Shown here: positions 1 to 11,230 of the stretch, piece after piece
Layout: each line of letters opens with the position of its first letter
Position numbering within the stretch: position 1 is the first letter of the stretch
Assembly (NCBI RefSeq): GCF_006345805.1
Contig: NC_043012.1
Coordinates: forward strand, 26,970,001-27,034,000
Source of the DNA: Octopus sinensis
Taxonomy: Eukaryota
Direction: 5' to 3'
DNA length: 64,000 nt
Notes under the pieces: model-generated
The model's input: the letters and a program-made list of their open reading frames with translations, nothing else
What the model was told of the DNA's origin: nothing
The model's database searches: none
Program-made: the position numbers and the translations under genes

Positions 1-584
1 TAGAAATAGGGAAAGAGGCGTATCTTTGGCTATTTGCCTCAAATTTTTGCTACGTGTGTTGCGAAGAGGTGTTAGCATCTATTTCTAGTATGTTATATGG
101 CTGAGTAGATTTTTCATCATTGACACGTTAGAATGCAAGCGTTTTAACTCTTGCCGCATAACGACGGCCACTCTGGAATATCTTATAATTGTATGCCATC
201 ATCAACTGTCAAGAATTCATTAGTCTCATGTGTGTGTGTCTATGGCTTTGTGTATCACATATATATATAAATCACATATATATATAAATATGTGTGTGTG
301 TGTTCTGTACATAGGTCTGTTATATACGTGTGTGTGTTTGTGTTTATATGAGTATGTTCCTGCCCATGTGTTCTCATATGCGCACATGAACTTGCGCTTC
401 TGTGTGTGGTGTGTGTATTTGCAAGTGTGACCAAACTGTGAAAAATTAGTCCCAGACAAGGTGCATTATGTTGAAAGCTAATGCCACTGAGTTCGTGACA
501 GGAATTACGAACGGATTTCGTAGAGTCTTCCAATATTTGCATGCATATATGGGCGGGCGTGCATACATGTGTGTGTATGTGTAC

Positions 585-648
<64 letters not shown>

Positions 649-1288
649 CGCAGATGGATAGGTAGATACATAAATAGATAGATATGTATGTACATATTTA
701 CATATATATATACGTATGTATATATATATATATATCTGTATAATATATATTAAATATATGTGCATATATATAATATATATATATATATATTTGTGTGTGT
801 GTGTGTGGGTATGTGTCTGTGCGTGCGTGTGTGTGTGTGTGCTTGTATATTAATATCTATCCATCGATAGATATTAGTAGATAGATATATATGTATGTAT
901 GTATATATGCATATATATATACGCATGTATATATATCTGTATAATTATATTAAATATATGTGCATATATAATATATATATTTGTGAGTCTGTGTGTGTGT
1001 GTAAATATATATAATGTAAATACATATATATATACATATATATATATATACATATATATACATATATATATATATTAATATATATATTATAATATATATA
1101 TATATATATTATTATATATATATATATACACACATTCTCCCTGTTACTAATAAATATAAAACTGTAAATCAGTTTTCTCCTTCTCTCTTTCTTCCCCCCT
1201 CTCTTTCTCTCTCTCAACACACATACATTCACTACTCCACCGAATCTGTTATTTCTCTTCATTAAATAAGCACATAACTTCGAAGATT

Positions 1289-1566
1289 AAGCGGTTCCCA
1301 AAATGGGTAGTATTGCTCACCCCACTAGCCCGGTGGAAAGTTCCAAGTAGCTGTTGAGGAAAAGTGGGACGATAATGGGGTAGCGATTCGTGTAAAAACC
1401 ACAAAATAATGGGTTCATTAGGTAAAGTTTTATTTATGAAAAACAGTTGCTTTGAATTTGCTTCAGAAAAAGGGTCTATGTTTGTGATGGTTAGTTGGGG
1501 TGGTAGTGCTAGGAATGTGGCCTAAGAGTCAAGGGGACGGCAACCCGAAAAAGTCTGAGAACCATA
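1289..1566. mobile_element. Degraded hAT (Charlie-like) MITE
   Basis: Ends resemble CAGTGGTTCCCAAA.. / ..TTTGGGAACCACTG type TIRs: agcggttcccaaaatggg ... aaaaagtctgagaacca. Confidence 0.4.
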
Positions 1567-1869
1567 TATTCGAAGACTTAGAATATATCTCTGTAACATG
1601 AAACACACCTTGCCGTTCGTTGTTACTGCCTCCAGTATATTTCTCCCTCCGCCCTCCAAAATATGACCCTCTTATCTTTCGTCCTCCAATGTTTGCCCCC
1701 ACCATAACTTACAGAGTTCAGGCTTTCCATCTTTCACTCTTTTGTATTTGGTCCCCCTGCCTTCTATAATACGGCCCCTCTCTTTTTCAGTTGCCTGTGT
1801 AGTTCTCCTCCACAGACTTTCCAGAATGTCCCCTTTACCATTCACTCTTTGACTCTTTCTTTTTTTCTT

Positions 1870-1919
<50 letters not shown>

Positions 1920-1975
1920 GTTGTCACTCTCTCAGCCTTCTCCTCTCTCTGTCTTCCTCTGTAGCTATCTATCTG

Positions 1976-2006
<31 letters not shown>

Positions 2007-2217
2007 CTGGTTCTCGCCCTCTCTTTCTCTCTCTCTCTTTTTCACTTTCTTTACAGTTATAAGATCACGTGTTTTTCTAACATTGACTTTAAGTCATTGG
2101 AATCTGATATGAGTTAGATGGACGAGAGTCGACCAGATTGGCAGAGTCAGAAGAAAAGCAGAATCTAATCCTTTGTAGGATTTAGCTTTAGTATCATCAC
2201 TCCTACCAACACCACCA

Positions 2218-2219
<2 letters not shown>

Positions 2220-2280
<61 letters not shown>

Positions 2281-2377
2281 TATCCTCGTAATCATCGCTG
2301 TTATTGATGGCAGTATTAGTAATAGTAGAAGTAGTAGCATGAACAATAGTAGCAGCAACAGCAGCAGCATCAACACC

Positions 2378-2412
<35 letters not shown>

Positions 2413-2466
2413 CATCAACACTAGTAGTAAGTAGTAGTAGTAGTAGTAGTAGTAGCATCAACACCT

Positions 2467-2505
<39 letters not shown>

Positions 2506-2547
2506 TTAGTAGTAGTAGTAGTAGTAGTAGTAGTAGCATCAACACCT

Positions 2548-2606
<59 letters not shown>

Positions 2607-2610
2607 TAGT
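2220..2610. repeat. (CAT)n / (AGT)n compound microsatellite with repeated agcatcaacac(ct) interruptions
   Basis: Directly visible trinucleotide runs. Confidence 0.95.
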
Positions 2611-2935
2611 GTTGCTGTTGTTTAGCCACTGATCCAACCATGGCAATCACATTTGTATTTGTTTTGTTTATTTGCTTTTTAATGACCCGTCTAAGACCAT
2701 TCATGGTGCATGACCGAGTGGTAGGCGTGCTTGACCCACGACCTTTAGGACTTGCTTTCAAATCCTGTCCTGGTCGATAAGTTGCGCTAGGACAGGCGTC
2801 CCGCATCTTTTTTATTGGGGTGCGGCTTAATTCTTGTACAGGCATCCTCAACATCTTGATTAATCAGATAAACCCTGGGCCAAACAGATGGGTTCGTGGC
2901 AGATTTACTCTAAGAATATATATTCTTTTGAAGCC

Positions 2936-3143
2936 ACTTACTCTTTACTCTTTAACTTGTTTCAGTCATTTGGCTGCGACCATGCTGGAGCACCGCCTGT
3001 GTAGTCGAGCAAATCGACCCCGGGACTTATTCTTTGTAAGCCTCGTACTTATTCTATCGGTCTCTTTTGCCGAACCGTTAAGTTACGGGGACGTAAACAC
3101 ACCAGCATCGGTTGTCAAGCGATGTTGGGATGACAAACACAGA

Positions 3144-3209
<66 letters not shown>

Positions 3210-3403
3210 CATACATATAAATATACATATACATATATACGACGGGCTTCTTTCAGTTTCCGTCTACCTAATCCACTCAAAAGGCTTTGGTCGGCCCGAG
3301 GCTATAGTAGAAGACACTTACCCAAGATTCCACGCAGTGGGATTGAACCCGGAACCATGTAGCTGGTAAGCAAGCTAATTACCACACAGCCGCTCCTGCG
3401 CCT
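2936..3403 (-). mobile_element. tRNA-derived SINE, family A (head ggcgcaggagtggctgtgtggtaag, internal microsatellite, agtaaaag tail)
   Basis: The same ~450-bp sequence recurs at 13005, 19050, 19543, 26853, 50567 and 51924; B-box-like ggttcaatccc and repeated 3' tail. Confidence 0.9.
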
Positions 3404-3679
3404 ATTTAATTTTTATTTCTTTTTTTAGATATTCGAGTGAGATTTGTATGTCATTGCCAGCTATTTCTAGCAAATTGGAGCAATTACTAGGAAACCTGCT
3501 CCTAGGTTCGAAAGTAATACGCATAAATGAGACTGTTGCAGATATGAAGTTTTGTCTATTAAAAGACAAATTGGGGAGTCAAGAGAAAGTCCTTTTCTAT
3601 TCCACATTCATTCTTTCCCGCTCTCTGTCCTTCTCTTTTCGCTGTCTTTGCTTCTCTTTCCTCCTCTGTCTCACTCTGT

Positions 3680-3830
<151 letters not shown>

Positions 3831-4029
3831 CACACATACATACACACATATATGTTTGTGTGTGTGCGTGTGCTTGCATTCCTAGTCGTTATTTCATGTC
3901 TTCTAATTGTTCTCTGTAAGTAGACGTATCGGCTTGCCTTAAGGCACAAAAATGCGGTCAAGAACAAACATAAAAAATACTCAACCAGGAAGAGACAGTA
4001 GATCTTCAAATACGAATGTCGATGAAGAC

Positions 4030-4126
4030 AAATACATACATACATACATACATACATACATACATACATGCATACATACAATACATACATACATACATAC
4101 GTACATACAATACATACATACATACA

Positions 4127-4162
<36 letters not shown>

Positions 4163-5196
4163 TATATAATATATATATATAGCATACACTCACACAAACA
4201 TTCTCATACATACTTCATAACGTAAATAAATACAAAGATACGCACGTACATATGATATATTTCTACGTACATAAATACATACACACACACATACATATAT
4301 ATATTTGTATACAAACACAGACCATACATACACACATATATATACATACATATACATACAGACATACACACTCACATACATACACACACATCTATACATA
4401 CGTACACATACATAGATATGCACATATACATACACACATATACCTACACACACATACATGCATATACATGCATATACATACACACATAAACATATACGCA
4501 TACATACTCATATATATACACACATACTTATACTCACATACATATATACATACATACACACAAACATGCATACACACAGACATACAACATACACATACAT
4601 ACACACAAACAACATACACCTATACATACATACATACATACATACTACATACATACATACATACATACTACATACATACATACATACATACATACATGCA
4701 CATATACATACATACATGCATACATACATAGATACATACATACATACATACATACATACATACATACTACATACATACATACATACATACATACATACTA
4801 CATACATACACACATACATACATATACATACGTGCACATATACATACATACATGCATACATATATAGAGACATACATACATACATACATGCATACATACA
4901 TACATACATACATACATACATACCTATACATGCATGCACATATACATACATACATGCATACATATATAGAGACATACATACATACATACATACATATACA
5001 TACATGCACATATAAATACATACATGCATACATATATAGAGACATACATACATGCATACATACATACATATACATACATGCACATATACATACATACATG
5101 CATACATATATAGAGACATACATACATACATACATGCATACATACATACATACATACATACATACTACATACATACGTACATACATACATACTACA

Positions 5197-5228
<32 letters not shown>

Positions 5229-5390
5229 CATACGTGCACATATACATACATACATGCATACATATGTAGAGACATACATACATACATACATGCATACATA
5301 CATACATACATATATAGAGACATACATACATACATACATACATACATACATACATACATACATGCATACAAAATACATACATACAAACAT
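4030..5390. repeat. ~1.35 kb (CATA)n microsatellite with higher-order sub-repeats
   Basis: Directly visible; recurring tatatagagacatac interruptions between about 4850 and 5330. Confidence 0.95.
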
Positions 5391-5553
5391 TAATATTGTA
5401 ATGAAGGAGCTTCGTTTCAGGGTTGGACATCGATTTTTCTTCATCAGACATGAAAAAAGAGGATGCATTACAAGTCATACAACAGTCATAAATAAATACA
5501 AATACACGTATATACTTACTCACAAACATACTTTTGCATGTGTGTGTATGTGC

Positions 5554-5700
5554 GTGTTCCCTACCTGTGGTCCGCGGACACCACGTGGTCCGGAAAGGTA
5601 GTACTGGGTGGGTGGGGGGGGGGGGGCATGAACAGGCTCCGTGGGAGAGCTCTTTGAAATAAAAGGGGTCCGTGGTAGTGAAAAAGGTTGGGAACCACTG
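5554..5700. mobile_element. hAT (Charlie-like) MITE
   Basis: Left gtgttccctacctgtggtccgcgga and right aaaaggttgggaaccactg are imperfect inverted termini typical of Charlie-type non-autonomous elements. Confidence 0.55.
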
Positions 5701-5947
5701 AACTAGAAGTTAATGCTTTCTTTTTCATGTTCTGTTTTTGTTTTCGAGTTATATGTATACTGTTTGTGTATGTGTATACATGTGTGTGTGTGCGTGTGTG
5801 TGCACGTGTGTATGTGTATGTGTATGTGTGTGTATGCATATATATATATATACGAAAATATATAAATATATAAATATATATACGTAAATATATAAATACA
5901 TACATATATATATATACATGTATGTATATCTATGTATATTATGTGTT

Positions 5948-5978
<31 letters not shown>

Positions 5979-6153
5979 CATATATATATAAGTATGTAGG
6001 TATGTATGTATGCATCTATACAAGCATACATACATGTAGATAGACAGATAGATATAGATAGATATGTTTATGTGTTTATATGTATATATATATATGAATA
6101 TATGTATGTATGTACATCTATATAATACACTCTCAGACACTCGATGTTTTCAG

Positions 6154-6199
6154 TGTTCATATGTATTTGTTTGTTTTACTTTCTGATTTCATTGCCTCT
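6154..6199 (+). CDS. Candidate small exon encoding the end of TM6 of the same GPCR
   Basis: Acceptor gatgttttcAG|T at 6153/6154. Reading x|T-GTT-CAT... gives (P?)VHMYLFVLLSDFIAS, resembling the post-CWxP segment of peptide receptors (cf. NPFF receptor ..MLSDY..). It joins in frame to 6322 only if the weak donor GTCACC at 6200 is used. Confidence 0.4.
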
Positions 6200-6321
6200 G
6201 TCACCACCAACAACAACAATATTCACCACAAATCCAACCAACCAACCAACCAACTAACCGACCATTACCAACCATCAAACCAACTAACCATCAACCAATC
6301 ATCAACCACTATCACGAAAAG

Positions 6322-6430
6322 CTTGAGCCATGGTTTGATAATTTCTATTACATATCCTTATTCATTGCCTATGCAAATAGCGCCATCAACCCTGTCATAT
6401 ACGCTGGATTTAATGACAACTTCAAAAAAG
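6322..6430 (+). CDS. Exon of a class A (rhodopsin-like) GPCR: ECL3 end, TM7 with NPxxY, start of helix 8; neuropeptide-receptor-like (NPFF/SIFamide/QRFP-type)
   Basis: Manual translation (frame absent from the ORF track): LEPWFDNFYYISLFIAYANSAINPVIYAGFNDNFKK-G, with NSAINPVIY (NPxxY) and F(N)xxF. Ends at a consensus donor AAG|GTAAGT (6430/6431, phase 1). The 5' boundary is uncertain: the only nearby AGs are 6320-21 and 6326-27, with CTAAC branch-like motifs upstream. Subfamily is from remembered motif similarity only. Confidence 0.9.
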
Positions 6431-6767
6431 GTAAGTAGATCAATCCACCATTTTGTTATCCTGCGTTCTTTTTCTCAGCAGCCATTTTTTTTTACTCGAT
6501 TTTTTTTTCTTTTTCTCGTTTCTCTTTACCTAGTTTCCTTTGAATGGTAGTTTTTTTTCCTTCATCGTTTTAGTTATTCTTTGAGATATTCTCATTTAAT
6601 CTACGTGTGTACCCCATGTTTTATTCAATTACAGTTCGATTTTCTTATGTTGTTTTCTTTCTTCTTTTTTCGTATTTTTAAGGTTTGTTTGTACTGTTTG
6701 CTGTATTTTTTCTTTATCAACTGTGTTTTTAATTCAGTCATTATCTCTCTATCTTTCTTTCTCCCTC

Positions 6768-6808
<41 letters not shown>

Positions 6809-6992
6809 ATATATATATGTGTGTGTATACACAAATACATTCACTTGTATATACATATGCATATATATACATATATATATATATATACATATATATACGT
6901 GCGTGTATATACACGTATATATATATACACATAGTACATATACATATAGATGAATATACAAACACACTATAACAATATATATATAGTGTATA

Positions 6993-7068
<76 letters not shown>

Positions 7069-7167
7069 ACATGCATACATACATACGTTCACATATATAT
7101 TTGTGTTTGTATGTGCGTGTCTCTGTGTATGTATGTGTGTACGTATGTTTTTCTCGTCTGTTCGTAG

Positions 7168-7355
7168 GTTTCCGCAATTCTTAACAAATTTCACATGACC
7201 AGTCGAGCATGCGTTCTCGCTCTACTGTTATGCAGAATCCACAGCCAAGACAGATAGGCTTTCAACAACACATTCTATTTAACTGTAAACAGGTATCAAT
7301 AAATGGATATAATGAACTAACAAGAAGTTACATTCATTTGACGCAGTCATCTTGA
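7168..7355 (+). CDS. Probable terminal exon of the GPCR (GFRNS* then a 56-codon in-frame continuation)
   Basis: Good acceptor ttttctcgtctgttcgtAG|GT at 7167/7168. The phase-1 join gives NFKK-G-FR, the typical helix-8 FxxGF pattern. TAA at 7182-7184; the same frame stays open to TGA 7353-7355 (QISHDQSSMRSRSTVMQNPQPRQ...). Confidence 0.55.
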
Positions 7356-7744
7356 TGTAAATATATGCTATTCAGAATATTTCATGGCTACTGTCTTGTG
7401 ACCATCGATGTATTGTTTCCGTGGCCAAGATATATAACGTCTTTCTGGCCCTGTCCATTTGAACTATAAGTAGGTGCTTTAGTTTGAGAATAACATCCGC
7501 AAACAGTAGCAAAATTGTTAAACTGATGAATGACTTTTTAACATATTGTAATCTCTTCTGTTCCACAATATCTCGAACCAAACATCCTTCAACCCGAATA
7601 ACATCTATAACAAATAATACAAAGCGATAACATATATGTATATGTGTGTGTGTGTGCGCGCGGGTGTATATATATATGTATTATATATAAATATACACAC
7701 ACATATACAACATATACTCATACACACATTCATACTTACATGCA

Positions 7745-7785
<41 letters not shown>

Positions 7786-7920
7786 CCGGAGTAAACACAT
7801 AAATGTGAAACAAGGTGGAAAAAAGAGTACTCAAATACCAGTGGTAGAGTAATATGCTTTATTTAAGCAGCAGAAAATTCAACAAAATCTGTTACTCTGA
7901 GTTTTTCGTTACATATATAT
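7786..7920. mobile_element. Interspersed repeat fragment between (TA)n tracts, probably Penelope-like pseudo-LTR derived
   Basis: The motif tactttatttaaagcagcag recurs near 41437. The minus strand ends in GAAAAACTC-A-GAGTA-ACAG, resembling half a hammerhead core. Classification is inference. Confidence 0.35.
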
Positions 7921-7977
7921 ATGTAAAGGGTCGCCTCTCTGAGTATAAATACTATAACTACTATATAATATATATAT

Positions 7978-8021
<44 letters not shown>

Positions 8022-8199
8022 ATATATATATATATAAGTTATAGTATTTATACTCAGAGAGGCGACCCTTTACAGGACGCCTTACATGCTACGGGGTGCG
8101 GTGCATAAATTGTCGTCGAAATTACGCAAAAAGGAAAATAACACTGACATCTCATGTTAGCAGTTGTAGTTACCAAAATTATATAAACATATCTTGTAA

Positions 8200-9392
8200 T
8201 ACTAGAGAGTAAATTTAGTCAATAAAATCGCCATTTTTTCAACCACGGCATCCAGACGACTTCGGAATCTCCTACAACTCTCCTGGACGGTGTCCTTGTA
8301 TAAGTTGGTGAGTGCTCCCATAATCCTTGTCTTCAGTTCATCTTTGGTGTTACAAAGGAGTTTTGTTGGTCTCTCACTCAACATTTAATTTAGAAGTTTC
8401 ATGTTTCGACCACTAACATAGGTGACCAGATGTTAGCGGTGATATGGTCGCAGAAATTGTCTGACAGCCATGACTAAGTTCTCCTGCTTGTGTTGCATGG
8501 TGCAGAGTCCTGTTGCCAGATACAGGGTCTTCCAGCAGCCACCCTCTTCACTCAGGGCAGCACTACCTCCTCGGGGCACTTGATGTAGGCCTCTGTGTTG
8601 AGTCTGTGGCCGTGTGGAAAGATAAATGGAAGTATAACGTAAACATCACTAGTAATCACTCCAAACACCATGATGTTGACTGGATGTTTCATTTTTATCA
8701 CCCTTGGTACATGTTTTGGGGACACGGCAAGCCAACGGTTGTTCTGTGCGTTCACCACCTGATGCTAGCAGAAAGTTTTCTCTTCTGAGAAAAATCAAAG
8801 CATGTTTGGTTGGGGGTGATGCTTGAGTTTGTTCAAAAGCTTCGTAGCGCGGTCTTTCCTCTTGTCTTTGATGGCTTGGGTTAAAAATTGGCCCTTTCTC
8901 ATCTTGTATGAGGAATACCGAATGTCTTCATGTAGTGCCTGCGTGATAAGAGACTCAGACATTACCACGCCCCTAGCGATGGACCTGATTGACTTGGAGG
9001 GATCGTTGTCGACCATGGCCTGGATCTCACCAACAAATTCAAAAGTTCTTTTCTTATCGGGACGATCAGCGCGAGTTTTCCGAGTTGCCGTACATTCGAA
9101 ATCACCATAAGATTCATCCAACACTTTCCGAATCCGCTGCACTGTCTTCAGATTGACACCCAAACACTCTAAGATGTTCCTGTCGGAGCTTCCGGCGCGA
9201 ACGCCAAGCAGTACTGCGTGTCGTTTCCAAATTTCAGACTAAGTGGGCTGCGTCATGTTACTGTTTTTCTCACAGACGGTGCCCAACTGACCTTACTATA
9301 CTGTGTAGTCGACAAAATCAAAAGCAAACAAGGCGCATGTGCGTAATTTGAAATATAAGATGGTGAAAATTTACCCATCGTATTCTGTATAT
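8200..9392 (-). mobile_element. Decayed Tc1/mariner transposase, maT (DD37D)-like
   Basis: Stitched minus-strand ORFs (8795-9163, 8552-8758, 8202-8384) give HTH region ..PSKSIRSIAR.., FFSDEKTF, NAQNNRW, HPVNIMVFGVITSD, WQQDSAPC and C-terminal ..ELKTRIM..CRRFRSRLDAVVE. Several stops and frameshifts; the third catalytic motif is deleted. Confidence 0.85.
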
Positions 9393-9393
9393 C

Positions 9394-9848
9394 TACAGGG
9401 CTATTCAAAAAGAATGAACCGATTTCTTTACGCAATATTTTAATAAGGAAAAGCAATAGAAAATTCCAGCTAAGTCACAAGTATTTACTCACACTCAACT
9501 TTTGTTTCCTGTTTTACAAGTGCTCGATGTGGCCACCACCTGCAGCCATGGGCAACATCAATGCAATAAGAGACTTCCTCCTAGACGCTCAAGACCTTGT
9601 TCTTTGTACTTGGACTGCGAGATCTCCAGACCTCACCGTATGTGATTTTTTTCTTGCGGGGATATGTAAAAGATCGCGTTTGTGTTCCACCGCTACCCAC
9701 TAACCTCGATGACCTTAAACATCGAATAACAACAGTGATCAACTCAGTGCATCGTGATATGTTGACACCCGTCTGGAATTTTTTATTGCTTTTCCTTATT
9801 AAAATATTGCGTAATGAAATCGGTTCATTCCATTTGAATAACCCTATA
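9394..9848. mobile_element. Non-autonomous Tc1/mariner element with ~75-bp TIRs and transposase fragments
   Basis: Left tacagggctattcaaaaagaatgaaccgatt...aattccag matches the reverse complement of 9773-9848. TA termini; internal RSPDLTVCDFFLRGYVKDRV..LDDLKHRIT fragment. Confidence 0.85.
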
Positions 9849-9851
9849 TAT

Positions 9852-10092
9852 ATACAGTGCACATTTAAACGCATAAGAGGTAACTATCATAGGAAACCTA
9901 ACACGCTAGAAGGAATGGTCAAAATTCAAATCACTATTAGGGATAAATTTCGAAGGGAATGAAAAATAAAAACATTATTTTTCATTCCCTTCGAAATTTA
10001 TCCCTCAAAGTGGTTTGGATTTTGGCTATTCCTTCTAGCATGCTAGGTTTCCTATGATGGTTACCTCTTATGTGTTTAAATGTACACTGTAT
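9852..10092. mobile_element. Hairpin (foldback) MITE, ~115-bp arms, short loop
   Basis: atacagtgcacatttaaac...gaaaaata versus the reverse complement of tatttttc...gtacactgtat is ~90% identical; TA-CAGT ends. Confidence 0.75.
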
Positions 10093-10894
10093 TTATATGA
10101 ATAATATATAGTCTATTAACTAATTTTTCTACATGCTAGGCCACTGGTAGTAAAAAAAAGATTTTCTGAAACTTTTTCTTACCCTGTTATATATATATAT
10201 ATATATATTAAAATGCTGATCTTGTTGAGTCTGTTGATAGGGGGCATACAGGGATTGTTAAAATATTTATGAAACAAAGACATGTGACGTAACGGAATCG
10301 GTAGAACATCTACATGAAATAATTTGAAGTATTTTTTATGGCGTTGTTTTACGTTCAAATCCCGCCGGCGAAATTGGCATAATTGTTTAGTCCCGAATTA
10401 TTCCCGACCGATAAGGCCAATGATCAAACAGCTAAAAACAGCAGGTAAGTTTTCCTCAAATCAAACGCTACAATCTATAAAATAAACTATGGAAGCAGTT
10501 GAACTTATTATCATGGGTTTACAAGAAGGATGGTTATGGTCGGGTTGCTTCACTTCCAAACCATAGCAAGGGCAAGATTCAGCATCAACTCAATTGTTTG
10601 AACAACCCTATCTGAAGATAACATTGCTCACCAGTTAACCAGAAAAGATAAATACGCACTTTTAGGCTGCCCTCTCTTTGCAGGCTTCCATTGTAGAATC
10701 TAAGAAATTCACAACTTTCCAAGAAGTAGTCGCCCACGACGAGATCCAGTTTTTTACTTTTTTTCTTGTATTTGTGTTGCAATTGCTTATATATCTCATT
10801 GACCCTGGGAGCTATGCCAGTGGAGTGCAATCTACTGCTAGTACCTTCTATGTTGGACAATTCATACAAATATGGATCACCCCTTGTGAAAAGT

Positions 10895-11230
10895 AGAAAA
10901 GGGTTTGCATATTGCCAATGCCCTTACTTAGAAAAAAAAAACAAAGTTACGGAAGTATTGATAACAACTCAAAACTAGCAAGAACTTTAAAAAAAGGAAG
11001 ACCCACCATCAAGGAAACATGCTCGTCAGGCTCTGATCTGGAACTTACAACGGAGGCAGAAGAGAGGACGCCTTAAAAATAACTGAGTGGGAATACTGAG
11101 GGCGAACTAGAAAAGCAGGGATCAAACTGAAGACAGGCAGGAAAGACGGTCCAAAGTCGTGAATGGTGAAGAAAAGTGGCTGATGGCGTATGCTCGATAA
11201 GAGAGAGAAGAGCTTAAAGCAGAAAAGAAG
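10895..11230 (+). mobile_element. RTE-clade LINE 3' remnant (copy 1)
   Basis: Translates with shifts to ..RQALIWNLQRRQKRGRLKN.. and ..W*RKVADGVCSIRE.., matching the ALxWxPxGKRxRGRP / WRxLVDGLCS C-terminus of RTE ORFs. Confidence 0.6.

Noticed and set aside
3871-3995. LAFLVVISCLLIVLCK*TYRLALRHK.. as a TM5/ICL3 exon of the GPCR
   Set aside because: In-frame stop, no upstream acceptor separating it from the (TG)n tract, and no TM5 Pro/Tyr motif.
5400-5460. Minus-strand CUGAUGA...GAAA as a hammerhead
   Set aside because: Stem II only 2 bp, and no consistent stem I/III with an NUH triplet.
4252-5601. Overlapping 150-250 aa ORFs (HTYI/MYVC repeats); the same applies to 32010-33496
   Set aside because: Products of (CATA)n/(TATG)n arrays.
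6431-6481. NAGNAG acceptor at 6478/6481 as the next GPCR exon
   Set aside because: The intron would be only ~48 nt and the downstream sequence is T-rich, intron-like.
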